Part shown: positions 42,571-55,964 of the stretch, piece after piece
Position numbering within the stretch: the stretch's first letter is position 1
Layout: every line of letters begins with the position of its first letter
Assembly: GCA_951406725.2 (NCBI GenBank)
Contig: OX597832.1
Location: 31,434,001-31,498,000, forward strand
Source of the DNA: Octopus vulgaris
Lineage: Eukaryota
Direction: 5' to 3'
DNA: 64,000 nucleotides
The notes under the pieces: model-generated
Told to the model about the DNA's origin: nothing
Databases searched by the model: none
Seen by the model: the letters and a program-made list of their open reading frames with translations, nothing else
Made by a program: the position numbers and the translations under genes

Positions 42571-42879
42571 TCCTCATCCACCTTATTCTCCCGACCTTGC
42601 TCCTTCAGACTACCATTTGTTTCGTAGTTTACAGAATCATTTGGGGGACATAACCTTCGCAAGCCAGGAGGAGGAGGTCGAAACTGACATTTCAGAGTTC
42701 TTCGCTTAGAAACCAAAAGAATTTTACATTGACGGGATTAAAAAATTTGTAAATAGATGGAAGCATGCCATAGATAATCAGGGAAAGTACATTGATGATT
42801 AAATTTCAATTAAATATAACATTTGATCACTTGTTTTCTTTATTTAAAATTCAGACAGAACTTACGTGATTACATGATA
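42560..42879 (+). mobile_element. mariner transposon 3' fragment
   Basis: PHPPYSPDLAPSDYHLFRSLQNHL..GIKKFVNRWKHAIDNQGKYIDD*, followed by a TIR-like end. Confidence 0.92.
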
Positions 42880-42944
42880 GATCGATACACACACACACAC
42901 ACACACACATACACACGCACACATCTATTTATTTATTTATGAGT

Positions 42945-43112
42945 GTGGGTCATCATTTGACAACTGGTGCTGTTATGTATTCTTCCGTAACTTAGCAGCT
43001 CGACAAAAGGTATCGATAGAATAAGTAACAGAGTTAAGCCCCATTTGCTCGATTATACTTTTATCAAGGCGGTGCCCCAGCATGACCGCCGTCCAATCGC
43101 TGACAAGTAAAA
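42945..43112 (+). mobile_element. SINE family B 3' half
   Basis: CCGTAACTTAGC..CGATAGAATAAGTA..GGCGGTGCCCCAGCATG. Confidence 0.8.
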
Positions 43113-44357
43113 TATAATAGATATGAAGATATACACAAAAAAATTTATGAAAAATAACAAAATAACAAACCTTCGACAAGACACACCACTCCATCCTAAA
43201 CTGTCTCTCTCTATATATTGATATCAAACACCATCAATATTCCTGTTACCAAAAGGGTTACACCTTCAACAAGTCACACCACTCCATCGTACACTCCATA
43301 CCCATTAAAGACAAGCAATAGTGTAAACCTTTCTCTTCCACAAATCACAACCTACATAGCATGTATAAAACGACGGACACATTGGATAATGTAGTCCTAG
43401 ATGAATTATGTCATAATAAAAGTCAGGTGATATCATAGAGGAGGCGCACCTTTATTGCATGGGTCAGCGGCTAATTAAGAGTTCATAGGACGACAAAGAG
43501 GAACAAACAACAACAAGAACAATAACAACCAATGCAAAAAAAAATGACAAAAAACTTTCCCCGAGACATTACCATATCTAACCAATGTTAATACAACGAA
43601 TTCTAAAAGCGTTAAGTCTTAGACAAGACACACTACTCTACCTGATAGGAACACATTATCATATCTAATGGCAGTGTTATATTTGAATGCTGGAGCTCTA
43701 AAAACTGAAACAAGACACACCAGTGAATTGTATGGAAAGCATTGAACATATGTAAGACCAATATTATTCCGAATGCTAAATGCTAAATGCTGCAAGAAAT
43801 AAAAGCCTCTAACCAAATCACAGAGAGGAAGCTGGAGATTTTCTTTTACTTTTTATCGTTTCATGTTGTATATTATTTTTCTGTTGAATAAATCAACATA
43901 TTTTAAGAGCATTAATGTTATGGATGCTAAAAGGTTGAAGGAGGTTTTCTGTCGGTGTTAACAGTCGTTCAATTATACCTCGGTCACAGATACGAGGAAG
44001 GTGTGTGTGTGTGTGTGTGTGTGTATGCGCACACGTGCGTGTATACATATACATATATGTATATGTGTGTGTATGTATATATATATATATATGCGCGCGC
44101 GTGTGTGTGTATATGCGCACACGTGCATGTGTACAAATACATATATGTATATGTGTGTGTATGTATGATTATATATATATGCGTGTGTGTGACTGCATGT
44201 ATGCGTGTGTATATATATCATGTTTATGTCTATGTGCGTGCATATGTATTTTATAGTTACATACATTTCTATACATACATACATACCTATGAATATATGT
44301 GCTCATGTATATATATTTATACGCTCTTATATACATACATATGTATATATGTGTATA

Positions 44358-44461
<104 letters not shown>

Positions 44462-44517
44462 TATTCGTACGTGTAAGTATATATGTGTATATGAATAGAT
44501 TTAGAATTTATACATGG

Positions 44518-44551
<34 letters not shown>

Positions 44552-44565
44552 ACACACACACACAC

Positions 44566-44598
<33 letters not shown>

Positions 44599-46332
44599 TT
44601 TATACATATATGTACATATGCACATACACGCGAGTGCACGAACACACACACACATGCTCGCACACATACACACATACTTGCACACGCATACGTACGCACG
44701 CACAAAACACGATACCTGTGTTTGGCTAAATTCGTCGAGATTAAGCGAGACGTATTGTGTCAGTTCCACTGAAAAGTGATTCTGTGTGAGAATATTGATT
44801 GCTTTCATGAATATTAATAATATTAGAGAGAAACATCGCCTTCCTCACTCGTTCCTTGTCTTTCCTTCTCTTTCTTTTTCCCTCTGCCTCTCACTTTTTC
44901 CGCCCCCTCCCCCTTCCACCCTTTCCAGTTGATTCACTTTCAACCCAGAACCAACATATCTCTAACCTGCTGACTGGAAGGTCTCATTCCATTAGACAGC
45001 TTTTTCAAATTGCCATTCGTCAAAACATGGGTTACTCCCCCTAAGATAACCAAATACCATATGAAACAGATAAGAAAAACGATGATTATGATAACAACAA
45101 CAACAACAGCAACAACAACAATAAATGGATGAATGATAACTTTTTGATTTGTGGGTAATATAATTGAGGAAAATGCTAGAAAAGTTGTTCGTGATGACGA
45201 TGTTAATGGCGGCTGTGATTGTAATAGTGTTGGTCGAGGCTGTGGCGGTGGTAGTGACGGCTGGTCTTTTTTAGGCGGCTAAATGGTTGTAGTGTTCTCT
45301 ATGATGGTGGTGGCTTTGGTGGTAGTATTTGAGGCGGTGGTTGTGGTAGTGGTAATGGATGTTTGTAGTGTTCTTGATGACAGTTGTGGTCATGGTGGAG
45401 GTGTTGAAGTTGCAGTGGTGGTGGTATTAGAGGTTTTGTAGTATATGTGGCAGTGGTTGAGGCGGATGTACTGTTCTTGATGATTGACGTGGTCGTGGGC
45501 ATTTTGCGGTGGTGTTGCGGTAGTGGTTGTGTTGGTTGTGGTAGTGTTGGTTGTGGTAGTGTTGGTTGTGGTAGTGTTGCGGTGAAGCCAAAGTGAAAGT
45601 GAAAGTGGAGTTTACAGAGATGATGGGTTAAAGGCGGCGGAGGTCCTACTTCGTGGTCGTGGTGTTAACAACAGTGGTTGTAGAGGAAGTTGTGGTGGTT
45701 GTAGTGGTGATAGTAACGATTATGGTAATAGTGGTGGCGGTAGTTATGGTGCTTGTGATAGGGCTGGTATTGGTGGATGTTGTGGTAGTGGTTGTGATGG
45801 TGGTCAATGTTATAATGGCGCTGTCAGCAGTGAAGGCGGTTGAAGAAATGGTAGGTAATTGAAGAAGTAAAAAATAATCGGAGTTGGGGGAGTGGTGATG
45901 TTTATACTGGTGTGATTGGCTGTGGTAGAGGTGTTGGGTGATAATAATAGCGGTAGAGAGATATTGGCGGTGGTGGTGGTGGTGCAGGTAGCAGAAGTAT
46001 AGCTGGAGGAGAGGATATTTTACGCATTGGTGATAGATGTTAAAGTAGCAGGTGATATATGATGTACTTTTGGCGATGCAAGTGGAAGCAGCGATGGAGG
46101 AGGGAGAGAATGTTGGGTAGGGAGAAATAGAGAGACAAGAAAAGAGCAGAGTACACGCTCACACACATCTATATTGGTGGTTGTTACGAACGAGAAGTCA
46201 CTATCGACTAAAGAACGTAAGACGGAGCTAGAGATGGAGAATAGTATTCATGCATTTCATTAAATTTAAAATATTTGTTACAGTTGGCCACATGTTTAAC
46301 TCTTAACCATCTCGACAAATACGTCATGTATG

Positions 46333-46380
<48 letters not shown>

Positions 46381-46383
<3 letters not shown>

Positions 46384-47480
46384 CAAAACATAACAACACA
46401 CCTCATCTCAAAACATTACTATTTATATCAACACACAACCCCAGAAACAGAGAGGCATTCAACACTATTGTGCAAAATCTTCCTTTACTAACTAGAGAAC
46501 GACATCCTGAAAACGCACAAACTCATCAAATGCAAAAAGAAACACAAATCACTACTAAAGAGACTACTGAAAAATGCACGGTTAAAAAATGTGGACGCCC
46601 AAACTGTGGAACCTGCCCCAACTTACTTGAAGGCTCGGATTTCCTTTTCAAACAAAAATAGAGGTTCACAATTGAAGCTAGTTTCACTTGTGCCTCTGAG
46701 AACCTAATTTATGTAATAATCTGCTCGGGTTGCGGACACAACTATATCGGACAGACGAGTATGACCTTGAGAAGGAGAACCACTCTACATGAGAGCAAAT
46801 CCGTTTCACGCAATACAGGCAAATTCTTCTGAGTGAACATATAGGAAAATGTGCAGATAACATCAAACCAAATTTCACAGTCTACTATTGCAAAGAAACA
46901 ATCTCTCCACAAGAACGTTTAAATAAAGAAACTTTTTTCATTGAAAAATACAGAACACGTCTTAATATGCACGCTTAATCAACTTTTATCTTTTTACATA
47001 TTTGAATTCACAATTACATCACTGCACATAAATCCTCTCACTAAACAAGTTTTTCGAAATCCTTTTTTTGTGTAAGCACATATATATATTCCCCTTCCAT
47101 TACCGAAAGCTGAACAGTCATCTCCCTTGCCTACAACAGCAATACTAACGATAACGAATTGCCTCCCCTTATTTTTCTACTTGTGAAGTCATGTGAAATC
47201 ATCATATACAAATGGCGGTGCCCCAGCATGGCCACAGCTCATAGGCTGGAACTGGAATCAATCAATCAATCATACAACATGGACAAATATTTCTTCTTAA
47301 GAAAATACATATTCAAATAAGTAAACTATAATATCATGAATAGCGAAAGCGAAACCGGTCGATATATTAAAAATCATATTAAAACTATGTAAAGTGTGTA
47401 TATTTTCCTTTATTAATTTGTTAAATATATTACAACTCGCCACGTGGGGGTAATCGAAATTTCTCTTTTTCTGTTACTAC
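46381..47480 (+). mobile_element. Penelope-like retroelement 3' part: GIY-YIG endonuclease pseudogene and terminal region
   Basis: KCGRPNCGTC, FTCASENLIYVIICSGCGHNYIGQT, EH and E..FI..LN motifs with stops and frameshifts; hammerhead motif downstream; (TA)n on both sides. Confidence 0.92.
47331..47365 (+). ncRNA. minimal type I hammerhead motif with A3-U8 core
   Basis: AUAUC-AUGAAUA-GC(GAAA)GC-GAAA-CCGG-UC-GAUAU: 5-bp stem I, GNRA-capped stem II, palindromic ACCGGU stem III and GUC triplet. Confidence 0.7.
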
Positions 47481-47486
47481 TATATG

Positions 47487-47608
<122 letters not shown>

Positions 47609-47820
47609 ACGTTGCTTAGAGAATAAGTTAACCTCGGAAAGGAGATGGTTGCATCCACGGAATACTGGTTTTATACCAAGTAATTTTGAGAAATGAAATT
47701 TCTTTAAGTCAATAGGTACGTATTAAGAATAAAGCTTATGTTCAGTTAAACGAAGGAGTGAAAATGCATAGTTAAAATAATGATAAATATTTACTATTAA
47801 AACAATTGATAATCTTGAAT

Positions 47821-48078
47821 CCTTACAGCCGTTTCCGTTAGTGCTCAACAGGTAATTTACAAATTTATGCTTTAAATTTTTATTTGTATGTTATGAACAT
47901 AATTTCATCAAAGAAAGATATACATTAAGAAATGATGTTGCATGTGGACCCTTCCGTTCATACAAGCAGACTCATGTCTATCTTTCTCTGATGAAATTAT
48001 GTTCATAACATAGAAATATAAATTTAAAGCATAAATTTGTAAATTACCTGTTGAGCACTAATGGAAACGGCTGTAAGG
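47821..48078. repeat. long inverted repeat, 105-bp arms, 48-bp spacer
   Basis: 47821-47925 versus the reverse complement of 47974-48078 matches at 100/105 by manual alignment. Confidence 0.95.
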
Positions 48079-48258
48079 TGTAAATATTACCAATCTTTTA
48101 ATAATAAATAATTATTATTATCTTAACTTTCCATTTTCTTTCCTTCATTTGATTGAACATGAACTTTATGTATGTGTGTATGTGTGTGCGCGTGTGTGTA
48201 TGTATATATGTATATATATGTAAATATACGTATATGCATATATATATGTATATGTATG

Positions 48259-48303
<45 letters not shown>

Positions 48304-48342
48304 GTATATATATGTATATATATGCATATATATATGTATATA

Positions 48343-48387
<45 letters not shown>

Positions 48388-48439
48388 GCATATATATACA
48401 TATATATATCTTAATGCACATAATATTTGTTTCGAACTA

Positions 48440-48640
48440 AGGCGGTGAAGAGGTACAATCATTCGCATGCCGGACAAATTACTTAGTGGATTTTCTTCCG
48501 GTTTTTACGTTCTGTATTCAGATTTCACCGATCTGGTTTTTTGCATTCCATCCTTTCGGGATCGGTAAAATATGTGCCATTCGAGCTCCTTGATAAGTAT
48601 AATCAAATTATGCTTCAGGTCTTGTGTGTATGGTGGAAAG
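48440..48640 (+). mobile_element. SINE family A, degenerate
   Basis: AGGCGGTGA start, TTACGTTCTG and TTCCATCCTTTCGGG core. Confidence 0.7.
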
Positions 48641-48883
48641 AAAAGTAAGAGAATACTTGCCCGAGGATAGTGAAATTTATTTGATACACACCTGTATTAT
48701 TAGAAATTCATAAATTATGACGGGTGTGTTGCTATTATAATTAATGTTGTTTTCATTAATATCATAGAAATATATCTGCGTGTGTGTCTACACATATATG
48801 AATAAATATACATATGTGTATATATGCTTGTAAATATATATGTATATATACATATACATATACATATATATGTGTATATATAA

Positions 48884-48951
<68 letters not shown>

Positions 48952-49012
48952 GAACAACAGCAGTAAGAAGCATTTTCCAAGAAAGTCTTCTGTTTGTTTG
49001 CCAGAGAGACAC

Positions 49013-49046
<34 letters not shown>

Positions 49047-49187
49047 AAGAGAGAGAAAGAGAGAGAGAGAGAAAATAAGAAAAACAATACAAGAAAAAAC
49101 CCCACTAAAGTTACTCTGTCACACCAAAGAGCGAAATAAAAATACGTATACTCACATAAGCACGCGTGCGCACATACGTATGTATAC

Positions 49188-49229
<42 letters not shown>

Positions 49230-49577
49230 TTTTATGTATGTCTATGAAGGTATCAATGGATATATTAGTATAATAGATATGAAATGAAAGACCGTCAAGT
49301 AGGAAAGTTTCGATTATTTCAAAGACTTGTGGAATCGTCTTCAGCCAGAGTCTGAGAGCTGAGATGTATTTGTGAAAAAGTAGCGTTTATCTACTCGAAA
49401 CTCTCACCACAGCCTCGATTGTTTTGCGGTGTCTGTCGTCATTGTTCTCCGTGAACTCTTTCTTGTTTTCGCAGACATTTGTACGAACAACAACAACAAC
49501 AATATTAATAATAATGAAGATGATGATGATGATGTTATTCATATTTGCCACAAAGACCCAAGAGTTTGGGGTATATA

Positions 49578-49700
49578 CAGTAATGCCTCGACATACGAGT
49601 TAATTTGTTCCAGGAGACCGCTCGTAAAGTTTAAACTCGTAAAGCAGAGCAATAATTTCCCATAGTAGCAATGTTATAAATCGCAATTCGTTCCCAGATA
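49578..49700 (+). mobile_element. Tigger/pogo-type DNA transposon end
   Basis: TA-CAGTAATGCCTCGACATACGAG..CTCGTAA..TTTCCCATAG pattern typical of Tigger-like MITE termini. Confidence 0.6.
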
Positions 49701-49802
49701 AATATTTAACCGATAAAATTTATAATTCTCGTAAATAAATGGCAAGAAAACAACAGTAGAATGTAAAGAACATTTTTTGTAAAGTAAAACGAATAATACA
49801 AG

Positions 49803-49861
<59 letters not shown>

Positions 49862-49864
<3 letters not shown>

Positions 49865-50003
49865 GAAATAGAAATTGGCAAAATGTGGAATCTCAAGACT
49901 AAAACAATACCTGTTGTCATGAGTGCCCTAAGAATGATAGCAAAAGGGGCTGATTGCTACCTATCGCAGATACCAGAAAATCCCCAAATGGAAGAAACTC
50001 AAA
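49862..50003 (+). mobile_element. R4/Dong-type endonuclease C-terminal fragment
   Basis: IEIEIGKMWNLKTKTIPVVMSALRMI resembles EIxRMW..IPVVIGALG; adjacent to (TTA)n. Confidence 0.78.
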
Positions 50004-50004
50004 C

Positions 50005-50525
50005 TTAATGAGTTTGATCTCATCTCATTAATAACCGATATTACATCCTCTTCTGTTATATTGATGTAATCGATGATTGCCTCTTTTCTGAATAGATTTG
50101 TTACATTGAAAAACTCCTCCATCTTGTTTAGTTGCATATTTTCCACTGGAGAATTGAAAACACTTCGGAATTGTTTATTTAGTGCTTCACTTATCTTCCT
50201 CGTGTCTGCAGTTATTGAGCCGTTTTTACCAAATAGTGGCCCTATCTTATAGCGCACTGAGGCAGACTCCTTTGCCAACGTGTAGAAGGTTTTAGGATTT
50301 CTTTTTATATTTTCAACTGCTCAGGTTTCTCCTTCTTCTTTCATGGGAGAGTTTGAGTTTATTTTCAATCCCGAAGACTTCCCCTGTCAGGTGAGATTTC
50401 ACACTGTCGTTAAGGTGTTTGTTTAAACAATTCGAGATCTTTATTCTCTGCCGCATGAGTATTCTCCTGTCTCGTACAATGATGTTTTTGTGTGTATTGG
50501 CTCTCATCTCTGGGATATATTGTTT
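50005..50525 (-). mobile_element. CR1-like LINE ORF2 linker fragment
   Basis: KRNPKTFY..KIGPL..SEALNKQFRSVF..ITEEDVISVINEM. Confidence 0.8.
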
Positions 50526-50579
<54 letters not shown>

Positions 50580-50581
<2 letters not shown>

Positions 50582-50724
50582 ACCGATGCTGGTGTGTTTA
50601 CGTCCCCGTAGTCTAGCGGTTCGGCAAATGACACCGATAGAATAAGTACTGGGCTTACAAAGAATAAGTCTTGAGGTCGATTTCTTCAGCATGGCCGCAG
50701 TCTAATGACTGAAACAAGTAAAAA
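50580..50724 (+). mobile_element. SINE family B 3' half
   Basis: Close match to 32155-32310. Confidence 0.88.
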
Positions 50725-50750
50725 GTACACACACACACACACATATACAT

Positions 50751-50803
<53 letters not shown>

Positions 50804-50807
50804 ACTC

Positions 50808-50902
<95 letters not shown>

Positions 50903-51132
50903 TGCATATGTAGATATTTACGAGAGTTTTGATAATCGTCTAAATGTATACAAATACAATCCTGTGCCCTCAAAAACAATTATTTAGATTTATGTAAACA
51001 GGCATTAGCCAATTGGAAAAAAAAGTGTGTGAAATAAACGTGCATACACGCGTGCGTTAAAAAAAGACTATTACTGGGATGCATGCATGCCTATCGCTGC
51101 GCATGAATAGATATATGGCAACACACACACAC

Positions 51133-51196
<64 letters not shown>

Positions 51197-51301
51197 TTGT
51201 ACGTATATATATATATATATGTGTGTATGTATCCTTTTACGTTTCATATATAGATGCTTGCATACTGATGTGTGTGTATATAAATATATATATCTACATA
51301 T

Positions 51302-51333
<32 letters not shown>

Positions 51334-52573
51334 GCGTACGTACACATACGTACATACATATGTACATGCATACATACATACATTCAGACATACATACATG
51401 CATACTTAGATACGTTCATACACACACACACGCACGCACATACACACATGCACACACACATACACACGCACACACACACACTCACGCACACGCACGCACA
51501 TATAAGCAAGGTGTCAAGTTGTGTCTATGAAGTTTATCGCCGTTCCAAAAATGAATAAATAAACAAATAGAAAAAGCAAAAACTGTCAAATATTTTTTCA
51601 AAAGAGACAATAAAAAAAAATATAGAAAATTAAAACAATAAAAGTGTGTACATGTGGTTCGATCTATTTGTTAGTTTGAGCATTCAAATTATATGATTAT
51701 TTTACTCAATGTAAAAGGAGGGAAAGATCAAAGCGACAAACAAACAAACAAACCTCACCACTCCTGAGAACACGACCGCCATGTTGGCAATTTGAAAAAT
51801 CTCCATTTTTCCCTTCCTCCACACAAAATCTCGCTGTTTTTTGTGAATGTTTTTTTTTTGTTCTCCTCAAGTCTTTCTTCTTTATTTATAGTTGCTATTT
51901 ATATTTACTGTTAACCACAGAATTTACTAATGTTAATACAATTTACAGAACAGTTGGCTGCGAAGAATCTAGAAACAAAAAAAGCAAATGGCTGCCGCAT
52001 TAGTGTTAGTTAAAAGTAAAGTAACACACCTTAGTAATGGCGCTGGTATGTTTAATGGTGAAGACTCACACCACGACTTCTCTAACCTCTTCTCACCCAC
52101 TCGCATTTAATTTCTTTTCTAATTTTCTCGATATTTTTCATTAAAGAAATCTCGTTTGAAATTAACCGGAGCGATGATTTGGTTGAAAATGGAAACTGCC
52201 GAACTAAATAACTGGCATACTAAGATGTCTTAAGATCGAATCTCAGCGAAGTCTACTGTGCCATTCACGACGCATCTTTTGTTTTTGTGTGGTTTCATTA
52301 GAATAAGTAACAATGATGATAGACTTGGCCTATGAGGTTGATAACAGTCTTGTTTGATCAACTGATGGCGTTTCAGTTAAATTAAAAATCATTACCGCAT
52401 TTATGGCATAGCATAAAAGAAAAAAAGACGCTTATATTTGACGCTCCTCATTTTAGGAACCAATATTCAGGAATGGTTTTAGCACATTAAAGCATCTCAT
52501 ATTCAAAGCAATCAGGCAGTGTACTAGAAGCACTTACAAAAGTATCTTAGGTTTAGCAGAGAACATTACTGTA

Positions 52574-52574
52574 T

Positions 52575-52669
<95 letters not shown>

Positions 52670-52679
52670 CAACAACAAC

Positions 52680-52732
<53 letters not shown>

Positions 52733-52768
52733 CAACAACAATAATAATAATAATAATAATAATAATAA
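52574..52768. repeat. (TAA/CAA)n microsatellite
   Basis: Directly visible tandem repeat. Confidence 0.95.
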
Positions 52769-53274
52769 CGGATGTGATAAGAAATTTGCTTCTCAACCCC
52801 ATGGCTCTGGGTTCGTCTTATACGCTGTTAAATACAGCACATAGGATTTAAAAAGAACTCGATGTAGGAATCGGTAAAACTCGGGACGAAATACCTTGCA
52901 TTATTTAACAATTGAGAAATGAATACCAGTTATATGCTGAGGTCATTGTAATTTAATTAACCAAGAGATCATAGATTTGTTTGAGGAAGCTCTGCAAAGT
53001 GGTAACAGTATGTGTTAATTATTTGTTCGTCAAAACTTTTAATTAGGCAGAAAATGAAGAAAAAATAAATAAACACGACGATGTCCAATATAGAGATAAT
53101 GATGTTTACCAGTAATTTATCAATAATGTATCGATACCTACTCAGATCGATAATAAGACTGAAGAAATGTTTGAAAAATGTTCGCAGAGGTTTATTATAC
53201 TTAATTTCAGGTTTTTTCAAAGTTAGAAATGATTATTTAGAAATCAATAAATATTGAATGATTGAATCGATATC

Positions 53275-54045
53275 GATATGGCGGACAAAATAATTGAAAG
53301 TATTTCGTTCCGTTACGTTAAATCCCGTGTTGAGGAAATTCCAATAGCTTTGCCTTTCCTTTCTCTCGGGTGGGTCTGAAAAATGAAGTCCTGCCAGACA
53401 AGCACCCGGGGTAGCTTCAAACTGTTACTGAGCTTCTGAAATGCGTGAGTGGTGAGGGTTCTTGGGGTTTAGGGTGCTACAGTCTCGATAGCGTCGAATT
53501 CTTGAGCAAAACACTTCATTTCATGTTGCTCTGCGGGTGGTGGAGTGGTAGAGTCGTTGGCTCATCGGCAGAAATGCATTGCGGTATAACTTCCGGCTCT
53601 CTACACTTTGAGTTCAAATCCGACCTGCCTGGAGAAGGCAACAGGAAAACCTCTCCAATATTCATCACGAGTGTATCTATGGTAACCGACGTTCCACTAA
53701 CCTACTTAACGGCAGCAGGGGTGGTGGGCGCGGATGAGGTTGTATAAAAAGTGCTGGAGAAAATTCAACATGCACAGGACCTGGCCAAGGGCAGACCATC
53801 GCTGGACCAAATACTTCTATTACAAATCATTATTTTAGAATCCTTACAGCCACAGACAAAATGTCTCGTGGTGTTTCGTCCGGCACTAAACGATCTGAGC
53901 TGAAATTCCGTTGAGGTCAACTTTTGCCTTGCATAGCTTCGGTGTGAATAAGAAATAAAGTACCAGTTAAATACTGGGGTCGATGACATCCTTTAGTTTC
54001 CCACCCGCAACATGGCCGACCTTGGAATTAAATCAGAATCAATTA
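53275..54045 (+). mobile_element. cluster of degenerate SINE A/C pieces and a possible RTE end
   Basis: SINE A cores at about 53280-53410, 53545-53622 and 53850-54040; SINE C core at 53465-53535; GGAGAAGGCAACAGGAAAACCTCTCC resembles RTE/BovB termini. Confidence 0.6.
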
Positions 54046-54514
54046 TCTTTGAATTAAGATTTATAGACAAGATTGACATTGAATTAAGATTTATAGACTT
54101 GATTGATATTCCTTTATTTCTTGACTTATTTGGTTCTGTTTAACGTTTTATTTCCGCACGAAATGATTAAAGACTGAATATCTTTTGTCCTGCGCAGTAT
54201 ATTCTTGGATGAAGATATATTCTTTTTAATATATAACCATATTCAACAAATTTCTAGCTTCACCTTCAGGACAACGACCGAAGATAGCGTGCGCTATGCG
54301 CATGCCTTGGAATTTTGAAAGACGAATATGAAGACTGGTTTCCGTTACCTTTTATGTGTTGCAATAGATTGTAAGAATATATAAAACATACGTATACACA
54401 CACATGCATGAATATACATACACACGCACACACACACACACACATGCACATATATTTATACAATATATTTTATATATATATATATATACACATATATATA
54501 TATGTAACTACATG

Positions 54515-54720
54515 TGGATTACTGGGGATTTTTTCCTCCGTCTTCCTTTTTCTCTTGGACTTTCCTCTGTCTCCTCTTTCTGAAGAAGAGCTTTGCTCGA
54601 AACGTAAAACACCCCCCTTTCCTTCCCTTGGCGTCTTTTAATACTTTCCATCTACCACGTCCTGGCGTTGTTATTTTTCTCTTGAGTATTTTTCTCGTTT
54701 CTTTTTGGAATTAACTATAT
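54515..54720 (+). mobile_element. Penelope-like terminal fragment carrying a minimal hammerhead
   Basis: Second copy of the 4955-5140 family, inside (TA)n. Confidence 0.75.
54577..54609 (+). ncRNA. minimal type I hammerhead ribozyme motif
   Basis: UUU-CUGAAGA-A-GAGC(UUU)GCUC-GAAA-CG-UA-AAA. Confidence 0.75.
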
Positions 54721-54725
54721 ATAAA

Positions 54726-54790
<65 letters not shown>

Positions 54791-55537
54791 ATTGTATGTA
54801 TATACTTTAAATCTAATGATTCCTTAAATTTCCAACACACATGCAATTTGTGAATTTCAGGATTGTTTCAAGTGGTATCTTGTCAAGATATCAAACAACA
54901 ACAACAACAACAGCAGCAGCAGCAGCAGTAGCAACAACAACAGCAACAACACTAAAAACAACGTTAATAAGCAATTTTCTAAAAGCATACACCCAGAAAC
55001 ATATATGTACATACACACATACCCACACATTAAGGCACATATACACATACACATGCACGCCCACAGATTCGCGCATATACACACACACACACACACACAC
55101 GCACGCACATCCGCTTTAAATCTGTTTAATATAATTCGTTTAATTTCCAATCTCCATGCTATTTCTGACTTTCAGATTTGTTTCATGAAATGTCTTGCAA
55201 CAATAATAAGGATTAAGATGATGATGGAGATGATGGTGATGATGATGATGATGATGGTGGTGGTGATGATGATGGTGATGGTGATGGTGATGAACATTAT
55301 GATGATGGTGATGGTGATGATGATGATGATGGTGGTGATGGTGATAGTAATCTAAGAACTAATGTGATATTGATATTATCTCTCTCTCTTTCCATCTCGC
55401 TCTATCCATCCATCTATCTATCTATATGTATGTCTATCAATATACAGTAACCGTAGCTATCCTATTAATTAAGAGAAAATAGAAAAAAAAACATTACTTA
55501 TGATTTTCATCCTCGACCATATTGTCAAGCCTTGTGG

Positions 55538-55620
<83 letters not shown>

Positions 55621-55645
55621 TTCTTATCATTATTATTATTATTAA

Positions 55646-55833
55646 AGGTGATGCGCTGGCAAAATGCTTAGCGGCATTTCGTCCGTCCTTACCTTACTGA
55701 ATTTAAATTCCGCCGTGGTCGATTTTGCTTTTTATCCTTCAGGGATCGATAAATTAAGTACCAGTAAAACACTTGGGTTCAATGATCTCGACTAGCATCC
55801 TCCCCAAATTTAAGACTTTGTGCTTTTAGTAGG

Positions 55834-55835
<2 letters not shown>
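55646..55835 (+). mobile_element. SINE family A (tail A)
   Basis: Head with deletion, core TTTATCCTTCAGGGATCGATAAATTAAGTACCAG and tail running into (TAA)n. Confidence 0.85.
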
Positions 55836-55893
<58 letters not shown>

Positions 55894-55964
55894 TTAATAA
55901 TAATAATAATTATTATTATTATCACCATCATCATCTTTCTTATCATTATTGTTGTAATTATTAT

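Noticed and set aside
43669-43690. miR-34-like TGGCAGTGT
   Set aside because: Seed-only match with no complementary arm.
49289-49346. Additional minus-strand hammerhead
   Set aside because: CUGAAGA, stem II and GAAAC are present but stems I and III do not close; counted only as a remnant.
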